Below are positions 14,931 to 27,400 of a stretch of DNA of 64,000 bases, one piece after another; position 1 is the stretch's first letter, and every line of letters starts with the position of its first letter. Source of the DNA: Eledone cirrhosa (lineage: Eukaryota); assembly GCA_964016885.1 (NCBI GenBank), contig OZ024765.1:10168001-10232000 (forward strand). Reading direction: 5' to 3'. Below the pieces are notes generated by a model. It was not told the origin of the DNA. It saw nothing but the letters and a program-made list of their open reading frames with translations, and searched no databases. The translations under genes and the position numbers were made by a program.

Positions 14931-15670
14931 CACTATATATTTAGTCAGATCGATAATGGAGTCAGGTGTATAACTTCTATGGGTGACCCTGAGCCAATCC
15001 TCTATGAAACGCCTGTAACAGGTCGATACACACACAAAATAAATAAATACATATAAACGAAACTTAATCGATTTTATCAATATATGCACCCTGCCTGTGT
15101 ATCGAGTGCTTGTTTTGGTACCACCACCAGTGTGTACTAAAAGACCCATAATTGTCCAAAATCCGGTACAATGCGGTAGAAAAATATTTATACACACATA
15201 CACATATTTATACACAGGTTTCCGACTGTTTATGGTGGGGCCGATTACGTTGTTAGAACACAATGTGACCTTGAAACGATGGTTTCAGTGAGATTAGGTG
15301 GCGCGTACTATTTTTGTAGGAGGCTCTCATCGAGTAAGGTTCCATGGACGATTCAGCTCAAGCTACAGAGTTATATATCCGTATGTGGTTGACGGCTGAG
15401 ATAAAGGAGTACTCAATACCGAAGTAGAAATTTGCTACTCTGGAGTTTCGCCTGTTTATCACAAGATTATCCCGGTGATAAACAGGGAAAAGTCCAGAGT
15501 AACAAACCTCACTTTTTAGCTTTAATAATATTTGTTTCTATTTTAGGCACAAGGCCAGCAATTACCCAGTACATTACTGGTACTTTATTTTATCGACCCC
15601 GTAAGGATGAAAGGCAAAGTTAACCTCGGCGGGATTTGAACTCAGATCATTTTAGCTTTAATAATAATGA

Positions 15671-15701
<31 letters not shown>

Positions 15702-16256
15702 TGTCAACTCTGGATGTCCTTTGGGAGCCCCTACATGGACACACTAGAAGAGGAAGACCAAGGTTAACGTATGTTGATGCCCTAAGGACAGACACTGGTC
15801 TGTTGGAGACGCAGGACATGGCAGCGATAATGAGGGACAGAGACCGCTGGAGAGAACTCGTCCATGGCTCTCGGGAATTTTACCCGCCTTAGAATATATA
15901 GTTATACTTGGGGAGGATCATATTGTAATAATATTGCCAGAAATAACAACAGAACACACTCAGTTTGGTTGGTTTATATTTCTGGCAATATTATTACAAT
16001 ATGACTCTCTACAAAAGTATAACAATATTTGTTTAGACAAACGATCTCATATCAAAAACCTTGCAAAACAATTCCATCGCCGTTATATACATATATCCAA
16101 ACACACATACATTCATACATATATGCAGAGGTTATATGTTATTTGTTGGGATTCAACAAGCTTTAAAATTTCAACAAGCTTTTTCATACATATATATATT
16201 ATTTGGTATAACAAAGTGAATACTCAACCTTTTCGACTCCTCTTGCTGCCACCCAT
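1841..16256 (-). CDS. ERCC3: TFIIH helicase/translocase XPB, 5' portion (9 coding exons, ~331 aa; gene continues left of the window)
   Basis: Exons 16229-16256, 12446-12535, 8997-9118, 8073-8153, 6935-7090, 5624-5698, 4383-4499, 2656-2909, 1841-1912; all GT-AG with consistent phase. Peptides [78 protein letters not shown] match the XPB N-terminus. Confidence 0.97.
2656..2909 (-). CDS. ERCC3: ERCC3 exon 8
   Basis: cag|AEKAIGG...[40 protein letters not shown]|gtaat. Confidence 0.9.
3690..4290 (+). mobile_element. Degenerate RTE-type LINE 3' fragment; related pieces at 30240-30445 (-), 30880-31180 (-), 63725-64000 (+)
   Basis: [39 protein letters not shown]. Confidence 0.82.
4383..4499 (-). 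CDS. ERCC3: ERCC3 exon 7
   Basis: tgtag|[18 protein letters not shown]...NQANTN|gtaagt. Confidence 0.94.
5624..5698 (-). CDS. ERCC3: ERCC3 exon 6
   Basis: tttcag|[25 protein letters not shown]|gtaagt. Confidence 0.95.
5691..6780. repeat. 43/45-bp minisatellite, ~24 copies, derived from the ERCC3 exon 6 acceptor
   Basis: Minus-strand unit: ctcacataccctatcttctc(cc)tctctatttcAG-CTGTGTACtct. Confidence 0.97.
6935..7090 (-). CDS. ERCC3: ERCC3 exon 5
   Basis: cag|[30 protein letters not shown]...DGIVQFIK|gtaag. Confidence 0.96.
7201..8005. repeat. (TA)n/(CA)n compound microsatellite; similar tracts 24360-25005, 34540-34940, 35915-37330, 40660-41478, 61113-62810
   Basis: Visible. Confidence 0.97.
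8073..8153 (-). CDS. ERCC3: ERCC3 exon 4
   Basis: ccag|[27 protein letters not shown]|gtaag. Confidence 0.96.
8997..9118 (-). CDS. ERCC3: ERCC3 exon 3
   Basis: [41 protein letters not shown]|gtaagt. Confidence 0.93.
9167..9206 (+). ncRNA. Minimal hammerhead motif (Penelope-type)
   Basis: UCA-CUGAGGA-g-GUCAC ggaaau GUGAC-GAAAG AG UUU^UGA. Confidence 0.65.
9878..10408. repeat. 106-bp tandem repeat, ~5 copies
   Basis: AGTACAAAACAACACTATG recurs at 106-nt spacing. Confidence 0.93.
11136..12372. repeat. 163-bp tandem repeat, ~7.5 copies, each containing a Tc1/mariner-type MITE
   Basis: Unit has TA-CAGGGTGTCCCCAAAAAATGTATATAC ... GTGTATACATTTTTTGGGAACACCTTA-TA inverted ends. Confidence 0.9.
12446..12535 (-). 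CDS. ERCC3: ERCC3 exon 2 ([30 protein letters not shown]; basic NLS-like plus acidic tract)
   Basis: ttcag| ... |gtaag, 90 nt, phase 1-1. Confidence 0.88.
12688..13292. repeat. 112-bp tandem repeat, ~5.4 copies, from the 3' body of a dispersed SINE
   Basis: Contains TTCTACAGCTGGATGCCCTTCCTAACACCAACC, also seen singly at ~14552, ~23347 and ~32063. Confidence 0.92.
13356..13728. mobile_element. Penelope-like remnant with ~50-bp inverted ends and an internal hammerhead motif (-; ~13411-13518)
   Basis: 13356-13407 is the reverse complement of 13676-13727; minus strand reads UGCU-CUGAUGA...GAAAC AAUU GUC^AGCA. Confidence 0.6.
16229..16256 (-). CDS. ERCC3: ERCC3 coding exon 1 (MGGSKRSRK)
   Basis: ATG in gcaATGG context, 28 nt, donor G|GTTGAG; phase 1 fits exon 2. 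Confidence 0.8.
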
Positions 16257-16904
16257 TGCTCAGAGAAGGAAATCTGTCTAAAATAATGTTATATGTTGAT
16301 TGGTGATACTAAATAAATAATATTTGTGAAGAGAAATTGAAAAACTATGAAAAATATGCTTCGTTTTACTAAAACGAAGAATGGGGGACACGAGTTTTAC
16401 CGGTGTAAATCATAAACAAATTATTATATAAACATTATTACACCTTCTAGTAATTACACTTATAATTAACATTATTATTTAATAATGAAAACATTTACGA
16501 ATTTTAAGTATAATTTTCTTATAAATATAATTAAATTGTTTAATAATTTAAATTATAAAAGATAAAACATATAGAAAATAATCTACAATATTAATATTAT
16601 CTGTTTAATATGTGGCCTATATTAATACAAAAAACTTTTTTAACTTTACACCGAAATAAAAGCAAAGTTGCGTATTATATTCTTATTTTTTGTTTAAAAT
16701 TAAATTAAAATGAATTATTAATAAATTGAACATGTTTTATAATTATCAAAATATTACAGCTGTTTTTTAATGCTTAATTTTAAAGAAAATATTTGAAATT
16801 TCTGCTTGTTTCATTTTGTTTTAACATTTCATATAAAAATGTTCCGGTTGTAAACCACGCTGTTTCTGGAACGAATTCACCTGTCGTATAAACATATATA
16901 TCAG
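16257..16904. promoter_or_regulatory. Putative bidirectional promoter and 5' UTRs for ERCC3 (-) and DUS3L (+); candidate DUS3L non-coding exon ~16840-16904
   Basis: No recognisable transposon in this AT-rich stretch between the divergent genes; CAG|GTATTT donor at 16904/16905; DUS3L ATG exon has an acceptor. Confidence 0.55.
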
Positions 16905-19261
16905 GTATTTAACGCATGTATGTATATATTGATATATATAAATGTATTAAGGCTGTTTATTCTTTATGTATATTATCTGTACTGGGGTTGTCAGTTAATT
17001 TTAATTAACAGTCTTTAATTAAACAACTTCTCCATCCGTTATCTTCAATGGAGAACCTGTCATACTTTCTTTTTTAAATTTCCGCATAACTATGTTTCTT
17101 TGTTTGTGGGATTTTTTTCGGAAGAGGCTATGTAGCCGGTCCCGGTAAAATAGATCCCAGGCTATGTACCCGGTAAGAGTGTCAGACACCATGAGTTGCG
17201 ACCTTTTACGGTCTGAGTTGAGACAATTTGAAATCTTTTCAATTGTTAAAAAACAAGTTAAAATCATTTCGTCATCCGTTCGAAACGTACGTTACGCTTT
17301 AGTTACATACACACACATCTACACATAAATACATAAACATATAGACAACGGGAGTGCAAACCCACACATACACACACATCTACTCACATATTCATAAATG
17401 TACACATTATACAAAATGATTATTACATACACACACATCTATGAATGATTGAGGAACGAAGGGGAACACTATAACTGTTTCTACTTTAGGCACAAGGCCA
17501 GCAATTATCCAGTGCATTACTTGTACTTTATTTTAGGGGAACACTATAACGATATATGTGTTGCATCCCTTTAGGGTTTACCGGCTACATAGCCTATTAG
17601 TTCATTTTTCTTCGTTTAATCGGTTAATCAGAGAAGAAAGGGTACCGCTGATGATCCTTTTCAGGGCCTTCGAGACTAGTGACAAGAGGGAGTTAAGTAT
17701 CTTTCGTTTGGTTACTTATTTGAACAGCCATACTTAATTTTTTAACTAACAAAACTTTAAGATCATTCAACAAGTTCCCATATTACTGGAGGGCTTTAAG
17801 CCACAAAAATCCCTTAGCGTCGGAAAGCTTGAACCCATTCATGGTAGAACAACAAGCGGTTGGCCTCATGCCACATTTCTGAAGCGGCTTTGTAAAGACA
17901 AGAATCTTAGAAAGAATGAACTCGCGGAGGCGAGATAGGGGACAAATGGAGAAGTATACTTATCAATGTTGTCCGAGAAAACTCGGCATGATGATGATGA
18001 TGTATATAGCACAGCTTCGTTTACGGTTTTGATCAGCCCAAGACTCGATCTGTATAGATCCGGCCCGATTGTGTAATCAAAAGCTCATCAGACTTTTGAT
18101 TCGATAATTGTTTCTACGTTAGGCACAAGGCCAGCAATTACCCAGTGCATTACTGGTACTTTATTTTATCGACCCCGTAAGGATGAAAGGCAAAGTCAAC
18201 CTCGGCGGGATTTGAACTCAGATCGTAAAGGGACGTAACTATGCTGGAAAGCATGGCGTCCGACCCTCTACCGATACTGCCAATCCACCACCTTTTGATT
18301 CGATAATGATGGGAGATTCCTGTGTACAGCTTTTAAAAAAAAAACTATTTCACATCCAGTTGGGGTTTTCTATCATTCTTCGTTTTGATTGCTCAAGTTG
18401 GTGAACTAACAATAACATAAAGTTATATATGTATATATATATGGAGGCGGGGGGAGGGGCTTTATGTGATGTGAGCCTACTACAAAAGCTCATTGCCTAA
18501 TCTTGTTGAAACCATCTCTTCAAGGCTGCATTGAGTTCTAACAATGTTCTCGGCCTCACCATAAACAGGTGGATGCCAGTATATATAGCAACATCGGTGG
18601 ATTGGCAAGTATCGGTAGAGGGTAGGACGCCATGCTTTGACGTATAGAGTTACGGCCCTTGCCATTCTGAGTTCAAATCCTGCCGAGGTTAACTTTGCCT
18701 TTCATCCTTACGGGGTGGATAAAAAAAAAATAACAATAATGCACTGGGTAATTGCTGGCCTTGTGCCAAAAGTAGAAACAATTATATATATATATATATA
18801 TCCACACACGCACAGACACTCCGACCCACAAAAACACCCCCCACACACACCTCTTCCTGAACATGCAACCCCGTTCTTCCCCCAACCCTCACTTTCACAT
18901 ACACACACACACACACGCACACCTAACCACACACACCACCTTCAGCCCTCCCCGCTCGGACACCCCGTCTCCCTCTTTATTTTTAAATTTTCTCATTCCT
19001 TGTATTTTGATCATGCTTTATTTTTATTTATTATATTTTTTGTCTTTATTTGTTAATTTTTCATTCGCACCGTTTCCTTTCGCTATATGTCTCTCCACCA
19101 CTCCCCTACACACCTTTTGAACTCTGTTCCCACACACTTCTCACCTGAAGAAGGGCTTATGCCCGAAACGTCGTCCCCCACCTACCCCCCACTCTCCTGA
19201 GCGTGAATTTAACAAACATTTATTGTACTGCCTCTCTGTTCTGTCCCTGTTCAAATTTTTC

Positions 19262-19302
<41 letters not shown>

Positions 19303-20333
19303 ATCCAAGGAGTGTAACATGAAGTTACTGTAGGTTCACCCAGGTGAGTACTGAGCTAGACAGAGTGTAAAATAATAATACAAGGACAATTTGTTAAGCC
19401 TTCATTACGTTTATTGATTGGTGACACACGTTTTGCTATTGATCAGTTCAAGGTTCGATCTGTATCGATCTGACCCAACTCTGGAATCAAAAGCTCGTCG
19501 GACCTCTGCTGTTGTAATGACAGTTGGGTGTGAAACTACAGCTATAGGCGCTGCGCCATTCAAAGCACTCAATGTTGTTATGAAGTCCATTTCGTTTGGG
19601 TTGTACTCCAGAGTTCAGGCGGCTGTAGTGTGCAGAGTGTAAATAGCATTCACATTATTTTATATATACTATTATATTTTCACAGTAAAGGCTTTACCTC
19701 ACATAATATCTCACATAACATTTACATTACTCTATATATACTATTATATTTTCATGGTAAAGGCTTTACCTCACATAATATCTCACATAACATTTACATT
19801 ACTCTATATATACTATTATATTTTCATGGTAAAGGCTTTTCCTCACATAATATCTCACATAACATTCACATTACTCTATATATACTATTATATTTTCATG
19901 GTAAAGTCTTTACCTCACATAATATCTCACATAACATTTACATTACTCTATATATACTATTGTATTTTCACAGTAAAGGCTTTACCTCGCATAATTATCT
20001 CACATAATATCGAATCTATGAGATTTTGAAAGTATTTATTTTGAGAACAATACCTTAACATCAGTTTGAGCGACTAGTTACAGCCAGGTTCAACAGAAGG
20101 AGGTAGAGATTCTGGCCGGTTTTGGCCACTAAAGGGTTAAGAACAATCAAAGTCAGTGTTGCAGTATAAGTACAAACTTTATTGCTATATTGCAATTGTT
20201 TCAATATTAATCAGCTTAGAGTTCAATCAAGATGACAGGGTCCAGCTCTCACATATACAAGTTTATATGTGTAAAGTCACATCAATATTGAAACAATTGT
20301 AATATGCAAATAAAGTTTGTACATTCACTACAA

Positions 20334-20385
<52 letters not shown>

Positions 20386-20437
20386 AATATATTATATTTA
20401 ATTATTTTTTTGTTTTCTATATATATACAGTAACAAA

Positions 20438-20676
20438 ATGGATGAAACTTTATCTGGGACCAAAGATGGTGATAAATCAGAAGATACTGAGGTTCCTGTC
20501 ACAGAAAATAAACCAGAAGTCCCCTCTGCATCTCTTACTCCAGATTCAGTTTCTAAAGAGAACAAGGCTGAAGAAACACCACAGCCATCTCGTGATGTTA
20601 CCACGGAGACTAATAATTCCCAGATTACCAAAGTAGGGGTCAGTGAACGTAAAGGAGAGGCTAAAATTAAGGCCCA
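20438..20676 (+). CDS. DUS3L: DUS3L coding exon 1 (acceptor ends 20430, so a non-coding exon lies upstream)
   Basis: tacag|taacaaaATG...[10 protein letters not shown]|gtaagt. Confidence 0.85.
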
Positions 20677-23600
20677 GTAAGTTATTCTGCACAAAACTTT
20701 GCTTTCTTCATTATCATTTTTAACCCTTTTCATAGTCTAAAGACTAAAGCCTATCTCAAGCCCGGAAGTTCATCAGGCTGATGCTTATCCTGTTTTCTCT
20801 GGCATTAAGCAACTAAGTATAAGACTTCCCCTGGACAGGATGCTAGTCCATCACAGAGTTTAATTGCTGGTACTCATTTTCAGTTGAGAATACTAGAGCA
20901 GCGTAAAATGAAGTGTTTTGCTTAAGAACACAAAAACCAACCCAGTCCAGGAATCGAACCAATACCATAATGATCCTAAGTACAACATATTTACCATTCG
21001 GCCACGCACCTCCACTCTTTTCATAGCAAGCTCCCCAAAACCATCCCAGTTTTTTTTAATACAAACTGTTTAGTTTGAGATGTTTATGTTTATAGTAGAT
21101 AGTATCAGCAATGGAAAAAACCAATAGAAACATTGTTTCTTGGTGCCAGTTTGACAAGTTCCACCTCACTTAGCAGATGTGCAGTGTTTTATTTTTGTTT
21201 TTTTGTTTTTACACAAGTTTAGTCATTAGACTGCGGCCATGTTGGGAGCATTCAGCAAATATAGTTCTCTTTCTTTTCTTTCTTTCACCAGATATCTGCT
21301 GATAGACTACAAGCCCCAAATAGATCCAGATTTTGTTACGAAGGAGACTCAAAAGGCCTTAAAACACCTCAATGATGGAAACACAGACAATTCGAGCCTT
21401 GAACCTGCACCCAAAAGATTGCGATTGAAAGGAAGGAACAAAAAAAGACCGTTTGAGAAGAAGCAGAAAGCTTGCCAGAAACTTTGCAGCAGTCTAATCC
21501 AAGAGAAAGAATGTATATATGGTACAAAATGCATATTTCAGCATGACGTGAAGGCTTTTTGGGAGTCAAAACCGGAAGATATTGGCCCCAAGTGCCACTT
21601 GTTCACCAAGTTTGGCAAATGCCCTTACAGCTATTCTTGTAGGTTTGCTCGGCACCACATATCGGAGACGTTAGAAAATATGGTGAATAAAGACATTTAC
21701 CAAGCAACACCATCATCATCGTCATCATCTTTGTCTAAAAACAGTGTCAACCATTTGAACAAAGACGTACAGAAACTTCTGTGGAAGAAGAAATATGATT
21801 TTAGTAAATCTGAAAGGGCTGTTGCAGAAATGATGAAGAAATCAAACTCCAATAACAGCAGCAACAACAGTGCATCAGGAAATAATCGCCTTCAGACCGG
21901 CGGTGCGAAACTGGACACAGATTCTTCAGGTCAGAATATAGGTCTTGCATCGGATGAAGATCCCATTAAACTAAGACCAGCCGAAAAACTGGACACAGAT
22001 CCTTCTAATCAGAATATAGGTCTTGCATCGGATGAAGATCTAGTTAAACTAAAACCAGCCGAGAAACTGGACACGGATCCTTCTAATAAAAATATAGGTC
22101 TTGCATCGGATGAAGATCTCGTGAAACTAAGACCAGCCGAGAAACTGGATGAAGATCTCGTTAAACTAAGACCAGCCGAGAAACTGGATGCAGATCCTTC
22201 TAGTCAAAATATTGGGTTTGTATCTGATGCAGATCTCATTAAACTAAGACCAGTTGAGAAGAAAATAATTGATTTTTCAAACAAACTCTACCTTGCTCCT
22301 CTCACCACTGTAAGTATTGCCATCTTTTCTATATCTATCTATCTTCTTTTTTGCCCACTTATTTCTGAGAGGGTCACCAAGCTTGGCCAATTGTTGGTTG
22401 GTGAGGCTATTTAACCTGTAGTTGGGGTGGATAGCCATTGACACTGAGGAGTTCATTCACTCCTTTTAACAGCTCTTGTTTTTTGTGCTGCTGGAGTTCC
22501 ACTTACCCTCCTCATCAGACCAGACCAGGGTCTGATGTGGGGAGCCAGTTTAGTCACTGACTACTCAACCATGAAGCAAGATGAACTGGGTTACATGGTA
22601 CCAGTAGCAGGTAAAAGCCTTACCTAACCATCATTAATTAATTAATTTCTATCTTTATCTTAATCTCTTGTTCCAGGTTGGTAATTTGCCGTTTCGTCGG
22701 TTATGTAAAAGTTATGGAGCCGACATCACCTGTAGTGAGATGGCAGTAGCTACCAGTGTTTTGCAGGGAAAAACTGAATGGGCCCTTCTTAAACGACATG
22801 AATCTGAGGACATTTTTGGGATTCAGGTAAGTTCTGGCAGGTGGGCCTAAAGTTGTATTTTGAAATAATTAATTTCTCTTGGGAAGATCTCACTTTGATG
22901 TGGCATGGCCTCACTTTGAAGTGAGTCTCTCAGGAAGATCTCATTTAGATGTGGCAACGTCTTGCTTTGATGTAGCAAACTCTCATTTTGATAAGGAAGG
23001 TCTCACTTTGATATGGAAAGGTCTCATAAGAGCACCTAACCCTCCCAGCAATGTGGTCGTATTGGTGTCACGAAAAGAAGCACCCAGCTCACACTGTAAA
23101 TGGGGTTGGCATTAGGAAGAGCATCCAGCTGTAGAAAACAAGCCAGAAAGTTCTATATGACCAAGACTTGGTTATTTGATCTGACTTGTCTCACAATGGG
23201 ACAACTCGTCTAACCCATGCTAGCTTGGAAAATGGCCATTAGATGATGATATATATATATCATAATCATCACCGTTTAACATCCATTTTCTAGGCTACCA
23301 TAGGTTAGACGAGTTGTACAGTTTGAGGCAAGTTATTTGGCTTGGTTTCTACAGCTGGATGCCCTTCCTAATGCCAACCGCATTTACAGTGTGGACTAGG
23401 TGCTTTTTGTTGTGACACCTACATAACCACTTTACAGTGTGGACTGGGTGTTTTTTATCATGACACCTACACAACCACTTTACAGTGTGGGCTGGGTGCT
23501 TTTTGTTGTGACACTTACACAACCAATTTACAGTGTGGGCTGGGTACTTTTTGTCATGACTCCTACATAACCTCTTTACAGTGTAGACTGGGAGTTTTTT

Positions 23601-23994
23601 GTCATGACACCTATACAACCAATTTACAGTGTGGGCTGGGTGCTTTTTGTCGTGACTCCTACATTGCCACTATATAGTGTTAGCTGGGTACTTATTGTCA
23701 TGACTCCTACACAACCACTTAACAGTGTGGGCTGGGTGTTTTTTGTCATGATACAAATATATATATATTCATTTACTTCATATTTTTCTCTGCCAGTTAT
23801 GTGGCTCTCATATAGATTCCATGTCTCGCTGTGCCCAACTCATCCAAGAAAATTGCCAATTTGATTTTGTTGATATTAACTGTGGCTGCCCTATAGAGCT
23901 GGTGTATCAAAAGGTAAGTAACACCCTTTATATATATATATATAGTCATCATCATCACAACCATTTAATGTCTATTTTTCTACACTTGCATGGG

Positions 23995-24026
<32 letters not shown>

Positions 24027-24388
24027 AGGTGTGTATATATATATATATATATCTACACCACTCCTTTCGATGTAAAGCTATGTTGGTACCACAACATCCA
24101 GTCCTAAATAAATGAGGTTGTGTAGGTGTCACAACAAAAAAACACACAGTCCACGCTGTAATGTGGTCGTGTAGGTAGCACGGTAAAAACCTCCCAGGCC
24201 ACACTGTAAATGTGGTTGGTGTTAGGAAGGGCATCCAGCCGTAGAAAACCCGCCAGACAGTCCTGAGCAAGACAACCACTCTTGCCTCAAGTGGGACAAT
24301 TCCTGTCCAGACCCATGCTAGCGTGAAAGATGGACGTTAAATGATGATGATGATGATATCTTATAGATGTCTTATATATGTGTAGGTG

Positions 24389-24425
<37 letters not shown>

Positions 24426-27400
24426 AGGTATATATATATATATCTTATAGATGTATATATATATGTGTGTAGGTATATATATATATATATATCATAGATG
24501 TATATATATATATGTGTGTAGGTATATATATATATATATCTTATAGATGTATATATATATGTGTGTAGGTATATATATATATATATCTTATAGATGTATA
24601 TATATGTGTGTGTAGGTATATATATATCTTATAGATGTATATATATATATATGTGTGTGTGTGTGTAGGTATATATATATCTTATAGATGTATATATATA
24701 TATATGTGTGTGTGTGTGTAGGTATATATATATCTTATAGATGTATATATATATATATGTGTGTGTGTGTGTAGGTATATATATATATCTTATAGATGTA
24801 TATATATATATGTGTGTGTGTGTAGGTGTATATATATATATATATATCTTATAGATGTATATATATATATATATATGTGTGTGTAGGTATATATATATGT
24901 GTGTGTGTGTAGGTGTATATATATATATGTGTGTGTAGGTGTATATATATATATATATATATATATCTTATAGATGTATATATATATATATATATATATA
25001 TGCATAAGTGGTGATGGTGACCAAAATAGTGTTGATAATGGTGATGATGATTAAATATAAACAAAGTATATATTGTATGTTTTACTGTCTTCTTTTTCCA
25101 CCCTCGTGTCCCCCAGGGAGAAGGTTGTGCCCTGATGGGGAGACCCACCCGTCTGGAGCAGATAATAAAAGCATTGAAGACAGTGTTGGAGGTACCCCTG
25201 ACAGTGAAAATGAGGACAGGTATACAGGATGGAAAAAATATCGCCCACACACTCATCCCTAAGTTAACTAAATTAGGGGTCGATCTTATCACCGTAAGTA
25301 ACTACACCTTTTCTACCCCTTTCGGATATGTGGCCTCATCGTTAGGGTGTTGGACCCTTTTACCCCCTTTCACATCAACATAGTTCAAGTGAAGGCGTGT
25401 GGCTGAGTGGTTAGGGTGTTGGACCTTTTTACCCCCTTTCACATCAACATAGTTCAAGTGAAGGCGTGTGGCTGAGTGGTTAGGGTGTTGGACCTTTTTA
25501 CCCCCTTTCACATCAACATAGTTCAAGTGAAGGCATGTGGCTGAGTGGTTAGGGTGTTGGACCTTTTTACCCCCTTTCACATCAACATAGTTCAAGTGAA
25601 GGTGTGTGGCTGAGTGGTTAGGGTGTTGGACCTTTTTACCCCCTTTCACATCAACATAGTTCAAGTGAAGGTGTGTGGCTGAGTGGTTAGGGTGTTGGAC
25701 CTTTTTACCCCCTTTCACATCAACATAGTTCAAGTGAAGGCGTGTGGCTGAGTGGTTAGGGTGTTGGACCTTTTTACCCCCTTTCACATCAACATAGTTC
25801 AAGTGAAGGTGTGTGGCTGAGTGGTTAGGGTGTTGGACCTTTTTACCCCCTTTCACATCAACATAGTTCAAGTGAAGGTGTGTGGCTGAGTGGTTAGGGT
25901 GTTGGACCTTTTTACCCCCTTTCACATCAACATAGTTCAAGTGAAGGCGTGTGGCTGAGTGGTTAGGGTGTTGGACCTTTTTACCCCCTTTCACATCAAC
26001 ATAGTTCAAGTGAAGGTGTGTGGCTGAGTGGTTAGGGTGTTGGACCTTTTTACCCCCTTTCACATCAACATAGTTCAAGTGAAGGTGTGTGGCTGAGTGG
26101 TTAGGGTGTTGGACCTTTTTACCCCCTTTCACATCAACATAGTTCAAGTGAAGGCGTGTGGCTGAGTGGTTAGGGTGTTGGACCTTTTTACCCCCTTTCA
26201 CATCAACATAGTTCAAGTGAAGGCATGTGGCTGAGTGGTTAGGGTGTTGGACCTTTTTACCCCCTTTCACATCAACATAGTTCAAGTGAAGGTGTGTGGC
26301 TGAGTGGTTAGGGTGTTGGACCTTTTTACCCCCTTTCACATCAACATAGTTCAAGTGAAGGCATGTGGCTGAGTGGTTAGGGTGTTGGACCCTTTTACCC
26401 CCTTTCACATCAACATAGTTCAAGTGAAGGCATGTGGCTGAGTGGTTAGGGTGTTGGACCTTTTTACCCCCTTTCACATCAACATAGTTCAAGTGAAGGC
26501 ATGTGGCTGAGTGGTTAGGGTGTTGGACCTTTTTACCCCCTTTCACATCAACATAGTTCAAGTGAAGGCATGTGGCTGAGTGGTTAGGGTGTTGGACCTT
26601 TTTACCCCCTTTCACATCAACATAGTTCAAGTGAAGGTGTGTGGCTGAGTGGTTAGGGTGTTGGACCTTTTTACCCCCTTTCACATCAACATAGTTCAAG
26701 TGAAGGCATGTGGCTGAGTGGTTAGGGTGTTGGACCTTTTTACCCCCTTTCACATCAACATAGTTCAAGTGAAGGTGTGTGGCTGAGTGGTTAGGGTGTT
26801 GGACCTTTTTACCCCCTTTCACATCAACATAGTTCAAGTGAAGGTGTGTGGCTGAGTGGTTAGGGTGTTGGACCTTTTTACCCCCTTTCACATCAACATA
26901 GTTCAAGTGAAGGCGTGTGGCTGAGTGGTTAGGGTGTTGGACCTTTTTACCCCCTTTCACATCAACATAGTTCAAGTGAAGGTGTGTGGCTGAGTGGTTA
27001 GGGTGTTGGACCTTTTTACCCCCTTTCACATCAACATAGTTCAAGTGAAGGTGTGTGGCTGAGTGGTTAGGGTGTTGGACCTTTTTACCCCCTTTCACAT
27101 CAACATAGTTCAAGTGAAGGCGTGTGGCTGAGTGGTTAGGGTGTTGGACCTTTTTACCCCCTTTCACATCAACATAGTTCAAGTGAAGGCATGTGGCTGA
27201 GTGGTTAGGGTGTTGGACCTTTTTACCCCCTTTCACATCAACATAGTTCAAGTGAAGGTGTGTGGCTGAGTGGTTAGGGTGTTGGACCTTTTTACCCCCT
27301 TTCACATCAACATAGTTCAAGTGAAGGCATGTGGCTGAGTGGTTAGGGTGTTGGACCCTTTTACCCCCTTTCACATCAACATAGTTCAAGTGAAGGCATG

